Part shown: in pieces, positions 48,430 to 57,341 of the stretch
How the letters are laid out: every line of letters begins with the position of its first letter
Position numbering within the stretch: position 1 is the stretch's first letter
From: a virus
Reading direction: 5' to 3' (one strand)
Virus record (IMG/VR): IMGVR_UViG_3300045988_184146
DNA length: 64,000 nucleotides
Position numbers and translations under genes: made by a program
The notes under the pieces: model-generated
What the model saw: only the letters and a program-made list of their open reading frames with translations
What the model was told of the DNA's origin: nothing
The model's database searches: none

Positions 48430-48930
48430 TTATTTATTCATCAACTTGACAACATCGTCAGCTAATGCGTCAATAACGTCGTCAACCCCGACTCCGTTTT
48501 TGTTGAACGCAAAGTCAATGAACAAGTCGGAATGATCATCGTTATCAAAATCGACAACGATTGATCCTAAAAGTGGATGTAGGCGATTAACAACATCGCC
48601 ATCACGAACAACACCAAAGAATGGATTCGTGATGGGTTTAACCACCCCATTAACAGACATTAAAAATAATGTCTTTGTGGTTCCAAGAGAACCCTTGGAA
48701 TCTTTTAGTGCGTTTACTAAAAGATCCGCACCAATGTTGAAGTTTGTGTCGGTTGCGGCAGAACCAATAATAAACATTGGTGAATTTTTGTGATTTTTCA
48801 CCACTTTAGACTTATTAAAGTCTTTAGTGATGTTAACTACACGATTACGCATAGCTAGAATAGCTTTGCGGGTTGCTGTTGATTTTTTTAGCATATCAAC
48901 AGCTGTTTTTTTAGTGAATTTGTCAGTCAT
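48430..48930 (-). CDS. hypothetical protein (166 aa), paralogue of 16487..17017
   Basis: module hairpin ATCCGATACAAAATCGGG + SD. Confidence 0.75.
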   Translation of the reverse strand: MTDKFTKKTAVDMLKKSTATRKAILAMRNRVVNITKDFNKSKVVKNHKNSPMFIIGSAATDTNFNIGADLLVNALKDSKGSLGTTKTLFLMSVNGVVKPITNPFFGVVRDGDVVNRLHPLLGSIVVDFDNDDHSDLFIDFAFNKNGVGVDDVIDALADDVVKLMNK

Positions 48931-49029
48931 ATTGTTCCTTCTTTCCCCGATTTTGTATCGGATTTTTTTAATCTGAATTAATTATAGAGAAAAAATAAAA
49001 GGACATACTAATGTCCCTTTTTGTTTTGC

Positions 49030-49575
49030 TTATAAAACTTCAAAAATGATATCGAAGTTTTCTTTTTTGATTGGGTAAAGTTCGCCATTTACCCCACGAG
49101 CAAGGATATCTGTTGGAAACAGATTTTCCCTACCTTCTAAAGTATCAATTACGATATACCCAAATTCTTTTACTGATTCAGTCGTTTGATTTGTTTCTCC
49201 AATGAATTTCAGAACATCCTGAATGTCTTCATCTTTTAAAGACGAAAATTCAATCACGTCAATTTGAATGGGTACTTTTTTGTAAGTATCCCCCTCGACT
49301 TTTTCGTATGTTTTAGAGAAAATTTCAGGATCGACAGACCAGTAGGAAACACCATCAACATCCAATAACATCCAGTTATTCACTGGTAATGAAATTTGTT
49401 GTTTTTCACCCCCGAAAGTCTTAGTAATCAAAATAGTTTTTGATTTTTCTTCGAAAATAGCCGGTTCAGATTCATTTTTATTTAACAAATCTAGTACCAA
49501 TTCAGTGTTGGAGCCATCATATTGGATAGCAAATGTTTCGATACTTCTTTTTTGCGCTTTAAATTCTTTTGTCAT
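49030..49575 (-). CDS. hypothetical protein (181 aa)
   Basis: module hairpin CTGAGCAATGCTCAG + AGGAAGAAGGAAA. Confidence 0.75.
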   Translation of the reverse strand: MTKEFKAQKRSIETFAIQYDGSNTELVLDLLNKNESEPAIFEEKSKTILITKTFGGEKQQISLPVNNWMLLDVDGVSYWSVDPEIFSKTYEKVEGDTYKKVPIQIDVIEFSSLKDEDIQDVLKFIGETNQTTESVKEFGYIVIDTLEGRENLFPTDILARGVNGELYPIKKENFDIIFEVL

Positions 49576-49665
49576 TTTAATTTCCTTCTTCCTCTGAGCA
49601 TTGCTCAGTAATTTATTTTTAATAATTATAAAAAAGAAAACCGATTAATTCGGTTTTCTTAAGCG

Positions 49666-50664
49666 TTACCCTTTTAACAACTCTGCAATAATTTCAGCAA
49701 AGCGTTCAATCTGTTTCGGATCTTTTTCATTCTTAATAAAATCTTTGAGACCTAATACGTTATGATTAAATTTAAGACGCTCTTTTATTTTCTCATCAGA
49801 AATCAATTCAAGTTTAGCGTTACCCTTTCGAACATCATCAATTGTAAAGGGATCGTTCAAAATTAAAACTTCCGAGGCTTTTTTAACTGCATATTTGATT
49901 ATCTTTTCTGCATAAAACTCCAATAAAAGTTTTTTATTAAGATCAAGATTATTACACAAATAATTAAAGAACAGCCCGTTTGATTTTGAAGAGTAAGTTC
50001 CTAAAGTATTTAGTCCAATTTGTAAATTTCCGAATTTGATACATTCCTTTTGAAACTTATAACTCTTATCTGTATAAAGCTGGCCATCCTTGTCAATCAA
50101 AAGCGGAATAAGTTTTGTGGTTGTTTCAATCCACTTATCACGGAAAATAATATTAAAAGGATATAATCCTCTTTTAATTTTCTTAAGTAAAAAATTTTCA
50201 ATTTCACTTTTTTTTGCTCGTTGTGAAGGGCTTTTTTTTATATCGTAAACATTAATTTCTAAGAGATCACCTTTTACTTTCGAAAATCTTTCGGTAATTA
50301 TTGTTTTGATATTGGGATTTGTATCTTGGGGAATGTTGATTTTTAAATTTTTAATTTCGTGAACGTAAAAATTATTTCTTGTCACAAACCGCTCATCAAA
50401 TGAAATCGTAATTTCACCAATTGCTTTTTCTAGTTCAGGAACTAAATCTAAATTTTCAACAAGCAATTTTCCTTCTTGAGTATCAACGTTTTTGAGATTT
50501 AAAAAATAAGAACAATTTTTAATTAAGGTATTTAACGCCCCCATAAAAGATTCGTCGTTTTCCAAAATTGTTGCCACATCACTAACAGATTTTTTTGAAA
50601 AAGTTTGCAATTGTTTAAAAACATCAATTTTAGGATCCTTAATTTCATTAGACTTTTTAACCAT
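49666..50664 (-). CDS. hypothetical protein, fifth member of the tandem family (separated from the array by the TnpB element and two genes)
   Basis: C-terminal DPKQIERFAEIIAELL motif. Confidence 0.8.
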   Translation of the reverse strand: MVKKSNEIKDPKIDVFKQLQTFSKKSVSDVATILENDESFMGALNTLIKNCSYFLNLKNVDTQEGKLLVENLDLVPELEKAIGEITISFDERFVTRNNFYVHEIKNLKINIPQDTNPNIKTIITERFSKVKGDLLEINVYDIKKSPSQRAKKSEIENFLLKKIKRGLYPFNIIFRDKWIETTTKLIPLLIDKDGQLYTDKSYKFQKECIKFGNLQIGLNTLGTYSSKSNGLFFNYLCNNLDLNKKLLLEFYAEKIIKYAVKKASEVLILNDPFTIDDVRKGNAKLELISDEKIKERLKFNHNVLGLKDFIKNEKDPKQIERFAEIIAELLKG

Positions 50665-50788
50665 TATTTTAAATTCCTTTCTTTCAACTGAATTTAATTC
50701 AGTATTTAATTCTTTCTTATATTATATCAGAAATATAGCTCTATATCAAATCAAAAAGGGGATATCGAAACTGATACCCCTAGTTTTA

Positions 50789-51739
50789 TTAAAGTGAATG
50801 ATATTCTTGTAAACTTTCATAACTCGGTTTGTAATCACCATTCAAGGCTGACCATTTGTATTTATACTTTCTATCATCAATCCAGAATTTCATCTTTTCC
50901 AAGAGATAATCTGAAAAAATAAGGTTTTTTAACCCGCCAATATTAATTTCATTAATAGATAAAATGTCTTTTACGGATCTAACAGAAAAACCTTGTTCTT
51001 CCGACATTTCCGAAACTTTTCTGCAAAATTTACATTTTTTAAATAAGAAAAACTCATAAATCAAAAAGAAAGATATAATACCTAAACCATAATAGAAGAA
51101 CATTTCTTCGGATAACATAATAATTCCGATACCAATCCAAAAAACAACCATAAAAGGCGTTGGTATAACTGGAAAAAATACTTTTTCTTTTGCGTGCTTG
51201 AAGAAATTGATCTCCCAAGATCGCTTATCCAACAAAGATAAGTAAGACTCGAGGTCGTACCCTTTATACCAGGAAAGATTTTTTAAAACCTCTTCCAATT
51301 TTGGATCAAAAACATTGTCAATCTTTTCAATATCTACAAAATTGTTGTCAGCAACTCTGGACTTGGTTGAATCATTTGCAAAATCAACTAATTTACTGAT
51401 AACAATTTCATACTCTTCCACTGAAATAAATTCAGAAAGTTTCTGTGCTTGGCTGAAATACAATTCAGTGGAAGGGATTTTTTCTTGATTTAATAAAGTA
51501 TCGCCTTCGTTTTCTTTCAAGACTTTCATACGATTTCCAGGTGCCGTTGAAATTGTTGATCCGCTATCCTCAAGCTCTAATTTCACTTTGCCATCAGAAA
51601 TGTTGATAAAAATATTTGTTTCTCCAGTTGAAAATTGAGCCCCAACACTACTATGATTTTCTTTTAGTTTGGAACTATAAATATTATTAATTTTTAGCAA
51701 TTTATCCAAATAAATAGCCAATTCTTTTGTTAATGCCAT
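50789..51739 (-). CDS. hypothetical membrane protein (316 aa, two TM helices near residue 190-235), co-transcribed with helicase
   Basis: starts 20 nt after helicase stop, AGAAAGGA SD, no separate promoter module. Confidence 0.75.
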   Translation of the reverse strand: MALTKELAIYLDKLLKINNIYSSKLKENHSSVGAQFSTGETNIFINISDGKVKLELEDSGSTISTAPGNRMKVLKENEGDTLLNQEKIPSTELYFSQAQKLSEFISVEEYEIVISKLVDFANDSTKSRVADNNFVDIEKIDNVFDPKLEEVLKNLSWYKGYDLESYLSLLDKRSWEINFFKHAKEKVFFPVIPTPFMVVFWIGIGIIMLSEEMFFYYGLGIISFFLIYEFFLFKKCKFCRKVSEMSEEQGFSVRSVKDILSINEINIGGLKNLIFSDYLLEKMKFWIDDRKYKYKWSALNGDYKPSYESLQEYHSL

Positions 51740-51761
51740 TTTTAAATGTATCCTTTCTTAA

Positions 51762-54137
51762 TTACAGACGTTCTTTAATCAAACTAACCCTTTCCAGATT
51801 AGACACGTCTGATAGTGCCTCGTTAAGAGTTTCTACTTGACCGATGATAACATTGACTTCTCGTGTCCTTGTATATCCGGTGTAAACGAGCGATCTATTC
51901 AAAGTTCTTCGTTGTGTCTTATCTACAATCTGAATAACAACCTTAGCTTCGCTGCCTTGCGATTTATGGCAAGTTATTGCGTATGCAATGTTAATGTCAT
52001 AAATACTGTATCCGGAATACTCAACAACCCTATTTTCATCAACAGTATCACCCTCGAATGTTACCTCTAAAATCTTTTTTCCATTATCTCTAACAATAAT
52101 GTCAGTTACGATCCCGGTTTCTCCGTTAAAGACAAAATTATCATAGTCATTCACCATTTGAATAATTGGATCTCCAACATAAAACGCAGAATTATCTTCC
52201 TTACGAATAATAACCGGTTCATCTTCTGGGTGTTCAAACGTCCTCTGGATTTCACGATTGATATTTAAAGTTCCTAACTCGCCTTTTTTTTGAGCGGACA
52301 GAATTAAAATATCGCTATGTTCAAAGCCTAGCTTTAAAAATCGTTTGTACGATTTAATTAAAGCGTCAATGCCTTCTTGGGTATTTTGTGTATTGATAAA
52401 GTAAGAGTCTGAAATACCACCATCGCTTCTTTTTTCGTTGAAAACAAGACCGTTAGGGTTTTCTTTGTTATAACCAACACCAGATTTCATAAGATGTGCG
52501 TTACTAACCAATCTTGATCCGTCTGCTTGACGAAAAACTTTGTTTAAGATAACAGTTTCTACTTTTTTAGATTCAATCAAATCTCTTAGAATCAAACCTG
52601 CTCCAACAGAAGGTAATTGGTTCTCATCACCAACAAGCAAAAGGTTTGAATTTGGCGACAATGCGCTTAAAAGTTGAGAAAACAGGTAAACATCAATCAT
52701 TGAGGATTCGTCTACGATTACAAAATGCTCCTCGATTTTCTTAATATTTTCTTCTCTACCAAATCCCTGAAGATGTAATTTTCGATGAATTGTAGAAGCG
52801 GGAAATCCCAGAACTTCAGCAAGACGTTTTGCGGCTTTACCTGTTGGTGCCAACAACACAACACTCGAGTCTTTAATTTTACCCTTTTCAGAAAGGAAAT
52901 CGATAAATTCTTTCACAGCTTTAACGGTTGTGGTCTTTCCGGATCCAGGGCCACCTGTCAAAATGGAAATCTTATTGTTTGCCAATAAATCAACAGCTTG
53001 TTTTTGATTGTCTGCTAGTTTAAATCCATACTTTTTCTGATACTCCTCGATAAATTCGTGAACATCATCCTCTGAAGATTTTGAGTAACTATTCCGATTG
53101 AACGATTTAATTAACTGAACGATATTTGTTTCTGCCAAGAAAGAGTTTTGTAAATACAGATAATACTCACCACTAGTTTTAGATTTAGTTTGATAGATCT
53201 CACCCTCTTTTTCCAATTCCCCTAATAAAATTGTTAGTTGAGTCTTTGTTAATCTTGCACCTTGAGAGCCAAATCTTGACATTCGCTCCCAAAACTTTGT
53301 ATCTAAAAACTTATCCTGTAATTCTTTCAGAGGGTAGGCTAGAGAACCTGATAATTCAACTTTTAATTTCAGGAAGTATTTGATTGCTGTACGAAATCGT
53401 AGTGGGTTTGCAGAGAAATCTAACAAACTAGGTAAATCCTTGTTTTCTTTTAACTGACGATAGTAAAAATCATCAGCGGCTCTCCAATGTAACGGGCTAA
53501 CTTCGGCGATAATATAAGGGTTAGCAAGCAACTCATCGTATGATTTTGCACCGTATTTATCATAAATTTTAATAGCTAAATTTTCCCGGAGCTGCATTAA
53601 ATTAAGGACTGTGAATACCTTGTTTAGAACTCCACCATCTACAAGTCTTGATTTTATACACTCCATAGTTTTGTTTGTGATAGGGACTCCAACTTTTTTA
53701 ACTAACTCAGGGTTTCCTTGAAGAATTTGAATTGTATCCTCACCGAAATAATCAAAAATACGTTCAGCCTTAATCTTCCCAATTCCATCAATTTGAGAGC
53801 TTAGGAAATCAACAATTTCAACCTTTGTTCTTGGGGTGTAGACTTGAGGTGTTGTTTTCAATTTGACGGAATACCCGTAACGTTTATCGTGCTGGATGAT
53901 TCCGGTTCCAGTGAACACATCTCCAATCCGTGGATCTAAGAATGAGCCTAAGATAGTGGTTCTGTTTTGAGGAAAAAGAACACGCTTATCATTCCAGGTA
54001 ACATCAACATTAACAATTGCGAAAGTGTCTTTTTGGAATAAGACTTTTTCGATTTTAAATTTTAATTCAATTTTCTGATGTCTATCAAAATCTTCAACAA
54101 AAATCGCTTTATTGCTATAAACAGTACCCTTTTTCAA
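51762..54137 (-). CDS. recD2: RecD2-type ATP-dependent DNA helicase (SF1B)
   Basis: Walker A GGPGSGKTT, Walker B VIVDESSM, LLLVGDENQLPSVGAG, C-terminal ITCHKSQGSE; start set at TTG after AGAAAGAAGG rather than far-upstream ATG. Confidence 0.85.
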   Translation of the reverse strand: MKKGTVYSNKAIFVEDFDRHQKIELKFKIEKVLFQKDTFAIVNVDVTWNDKRVLFPQNRTTILGSFLDPRIGDVFTGTGIIQHDKRYGYSVKLKTTPQVYTPRTKVEIVDFLSSQIDGIGKIKAERIFDYFGEDTIQILQGNPELVKKVGVPITNKTMECIKSRLVDGGVLNKVFTVLNLMQLRENLAIKIYDKYGAKSYDELLANPYIIAEVSPLHWRAADDFYYRQLKENKDLPSLLDFSANPLRFRTAIKYFLKLKVELSGSLAYPLKELQDKFLDTKFWERMSRFGSQGARLTKTQLTILLGELEKEGEIYQTKSKTSGEYYLYLQNSFLAETNIVQLIKSFNRNSYSKSSEDDVHEFIEEYQKKYGFKLADNQKQAVDLLANNKISILTGGPGSGKTTTVKAVKEFIDFLSEKGKIKDSSVVLLAPTGKAAKRLAEVLGFPASTIHRKLHLQGFGREENIKKIEEHFVIVDESSMIDVYLFSQLLSALSPNSNLLLVGDENQLPSVGAGLILRDLIESKKVETVILNKVFRQADGSRLVSNAHLMKSGVGYNKENPNGLVFNEKRSDGGISDSYFINTQNTQEGIDALIKSYKRFLKLGFEHSDILILSAQKKGELGTLNINREIQRTFEHPEDEPVIIRKEDNSAFYVGDPIIQMVNDYDNFVFNGETGIVTDIIVRDNGKKILEVTFEGDTVDENRVVEYSGYSIYDINIAYAITCHKSQGSEAKVVIQIVDKTQRRTLNRSLVYTGYTRTREVNVIIGQVETLNEALSDVSNLERVSLIKERL

Positions 54138-54251
54138 TGACTTCACCACCTTCTTTCTCAAGTATTTTAAAACCAAAACAAAAAACAACGTAAGATGACG
54201 CAAATGTTGTCGTTCTTTGTTATCAGCAATCATTATATCACAACAAAACAA

Positions 54252-55481
54252 CTAAGTCAATAAATAAAAAACAACCTCCTTTACCCTCGTGCTACATCTA
54301 GGTACTTTAAATTAACAAATAGTTATATATATTATTATTCTGTAATAAATATAGTTATATATTATATATACTTAAATAATTAAAGAATAATATATACCCT
54401 TAATTAATTAAAGAATATTATATATACTGTAATAATAATAGTATTAGACTACTTTTACTGTATTAGAGAAGGCTCCCTTCGGTCGCTCTAGAATATTCGG
54501 CTTCGCCTTGTTGGAAGTCGCCTTCGGCTCCTTTTATTTTTTTTTCGACAGATAGGTTCGCTTACTCCTGTACATCGTTCGCATTTTCCGAACTTAATGC
54601 AAAAATAAGTAATAAATACTATTGTTTTTATCAAAAACAGAGATTCTTTCGAGAATCTTATTTTAAAATATCATCAAAATAGTTTGTAAAATAACACTTT
54701 TTAGGATATATTTTAAAATCAATATCTTTAATATTTTTCATAAAACTTTTTAATAATTCGATTGTTTTTGGATTCGTCTGATAATAATATTTTTATATTT
54801 GTTTAGATTAAAATATAAAGGCAAAACCTTATCAAACTGCGAATTATCGAAGATAATTCGCAATGGTTTGTGTAAGCAAACCATTCATCCAAATACTTTC
54901 ATAATATTATTATTTTGTATAAAAAAATATTTTTAAGTATTCTTGTTGTTGATTTAAAACCATATTCAATTTTCAATGTGCACTTTAATATCTATTTCTT
55001 ATAGGCTTTGAAATATAATCAAAGTCTATAACATTTAAAAAACATAAAAATCTTAGTTGAAAAACTCAAAGATTTTTTATCACGTAACTATTATAACATC
55101 CTTTTTTGAAATAAATTCTAGCTAAAAACACAACACCAAATCCCTTGTGTATCAAGACTTTCGCTGATATATATATTAATATCTTGATTAAAATAATTGC
55201 ATTTTTTTAATGGTAATATTTTCTTTAACCGGATTGAACTATAAGAACTCAATAATAACCTAAATGATTAAATAAAACCGAACGTTAATAATACGTTCGT
55301 TAAAATACATTCGTGTTTTAACGCAATGAACCCAAGTGCTCGTTTGCACACATTCACTCGAATATATTTGTAATATTGATATTTGTTTTTGGGTAAAATT
55401 GACCCAGAATTTTTAAAAATAAAGATGGTAAAATAAAGAAAGAATGACGCAAAAAAATAAAAGGGGGTATTCAGCCTGAAA
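54252..55481. other. 1.23-kb ORF-free AT-rich region containing a GC-rich patch with three CCTTCGG repeats (54466..54530) and AT-rich direct repeats (AATTAAAGAATA(A)TATATA, 54375..54435)
   Basis: no ORF >60 aa on either strand; longest non-coding stretch in window. Confidence 0.5.
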
Positions 55482-56492
55482 TTGAAAAAGAATAAAAAGA
55501 ATCTTGCTAGAATAATTGGAGTTTTAGGATCTTCTCTGATATTGCTTCAGCATTGTAATTCTACAACTCAAACGACACACGCAATAGGGCCTAGTCCAGC
55601 ATTCGAAACTAGTAAGGTTGATGATGGAGCTAAAAAAGAAGCTATTATTCGAGCAGTCGCAAAACAGTTGGATGGTTTGTTGCCTCTAACTAACGAAGTT
55701 TACAAAAAAACTGAGATTGCAGAAAAACTTCACAAGAATTACGCAGATGTGGGTTACCCATCCGTTAACAAAGATAACAAAGAGGGGATTGATGAGGATG
55801 GCAAGATTGACGTAAACTCAATCAAGAAGCCGATCACGGAGCCTAGTAAAATTGAATTAGCCGAACAAGTTCGATATTACCAGTTCTTCTTCACCAACGG
55901 GTTGAAATATCAGAAGATTGATCCTGCACAAAGTGCCATCAAGGAATTTACAGAAAAAGATAAACTTAACTTTTTTGATTATGTAGATCTCATCAATTCT
56001 ATCAAAGAAAATCCATCTTATTCAACCGCCGTTAAAGAAAAGAAATTAACAGAGGTTGAAAATGATCTGATGGCTGGTATAGAATTACTTTATTACGGAA
56101 ATACAGATAAGAGTTTTTCTGCGATGAATGCGGTTAAGACTGTATCTTTGCCTTTTTCCTATAACAAATACAGCTATTTGCAATTGTTAGCAGCATACGA
56201 TAAAGATGACGCTATCAACTCAACTTTAAGTTATTATTCTGAAATTATCGATACTTTGAATACGATCAGGCTTTATTCTGCCGGTATTCGTCAAGGGCGA
56301 GATGTGCAAATCAATACCGCAGTTTTGGCAAATAACTTAAATGAAAAGTATAACAATGTTCAAGATAAATTGATTGCTCCTGTTGCGAAAGTTGTTAACC
56401 GTAACTTCCAAGAGCAAGAGGATCTTAAGGCTGGTGAAAACTTCCAAAAAGAACAACTTAAGAAAGAATTTAATATCAAGGGGGGCGAATAA
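55482..56492 (+). CDS. secreted hypothetical protein (signal peptide)
   Basis: TTG start, hydrophobic N-terminus IIGVLGSSLILL. Confidence 0.7.
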   Translation: MKKNKKNLARIIGVLGSSLILLQHCNSTTQTTHAIGPSPAFETSKVDDGAKKEAIIRAVAKQLDGLLPLTNEVYKKTEIAEKLHKNYADVGYPSVNKDNKEGIDEDGKIDVNSIKKPITEPSKIELAEQVRYYQFFFTNGLKYQKIDPAQSAIKEFTEKDKLNFFDYVDLINSIKENPSYSTAVKEKKLTEVENDLMAGIELLYYGNTDKSFSAMNAVKTVSLPFSYNKYSYLQLLAAYDKDDAINSTLSYYSEIIDTLNTIRLYSAGIRQGRDVQINTAVLANNLNEKYNNVQDKLIAPVAKVVNRNFQEQEDLKAGENFQKEQLKKEFNIKGGE

Positions 56493-57230
56493 TTGAAAAA
56501 AGTATTCATAACAATTCTCGTCATCCTTGGTGTTTTAGGAGGCTCTGCTTTAGCAATTGCAGCTCCTAAAATCATTGAGCACCAACAAATTTTAGATAGT
56601 CAAGTTGCACCTTATACAATTGAAAGGTATTATTCTTGGGCTAAGGCATACGACGCTCTGGAAAAAGCCAATGATACTTTGTACTCTAGCTATCCAAAAG
56701 AAAAGGAAAATCCAGAAGAATATACTAGAGCGATTCAGAGGGATTATCCTAAAAAATATTTGCCTGATATGATCCAAGAATTTGGTATTGTAGTTCAAAA
56801 AGATTATTCTAGTTACTATATTTTTTCTGAGCGTAAAGGTGATCTTCAAAACTACACTTCAAGTTTGATGAAACAAATTCAATCTGCACGAGAAGGCTAT
56901 TTACCTGTTGATAAAGAGCCGAATGCAAATGACGCTAACGTTCTTGTTGCTTTAGAAAAATACTATGCGCTTCTAGAAAAGTTGAATTATTCGATTGAAG
57001 AGTTAACTCAAGAACAAGCTAAAACTGGTGCTTTGGGTCAATACATTCAAGATAATGTAGGTGAAAAAATGTTTTCCGATCCAATTGCATACGGTCAGGT
57101 TGCTCAAAGTTATCTAAAAGCAAATTTGGAAAGATATAAGAATACTTTCGCCCACAGAGAAAATGATGGGGAATTGACAGTTGATCAGATAAAAGAAATT
57201 GAAACTATTATGTGGATCAATAAAGAATAA
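56493..57230 (+). CDS. secreted hypothetical protein (signal peptide ...GGSALAIAAP)
   Basis: TTG start overlapping previous stop (TAATTG). Confidence 0.7.
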   Translation: MKKVFITILVILGVLGGSALAIAAPKIIEHQQILDSQVAPYTIERYYSWAKAYDALEKANDTLYSSYPKEKENPEEYTRAIQRDYPKKYLPDMIQEFGIVVQKDYSSYYIFSERKGDLQNYTSSLMKQIQSAREGYLPVDKEPNANDANVLVALEKYYALLEKLNYSIEELTQEQAKTGALGQYIQDNVGEKMFSDPIAYGQVAQSYLKANLERYKNTFAHRENDGELTVDQIKEIETIMWINKE

Positions 57231-57341
57231 ACTTAAAAAAATATAAATATATAGAATTAAAGAAAAGGTACTACCTTTTCTTTTTTGCAATAAAATTAGT
57301 TAGAAAACTTATTCTTTTTTCAATCAAGGAGAATCTAATCG

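Noticed and set aside
54252-55481. DnaA-box-based oriC call in the long intergenic region
   Set aside because: No TTATCCACA-like clusters were found by eye. It is kept only as an unexplained non-coding region, not called as an origin.
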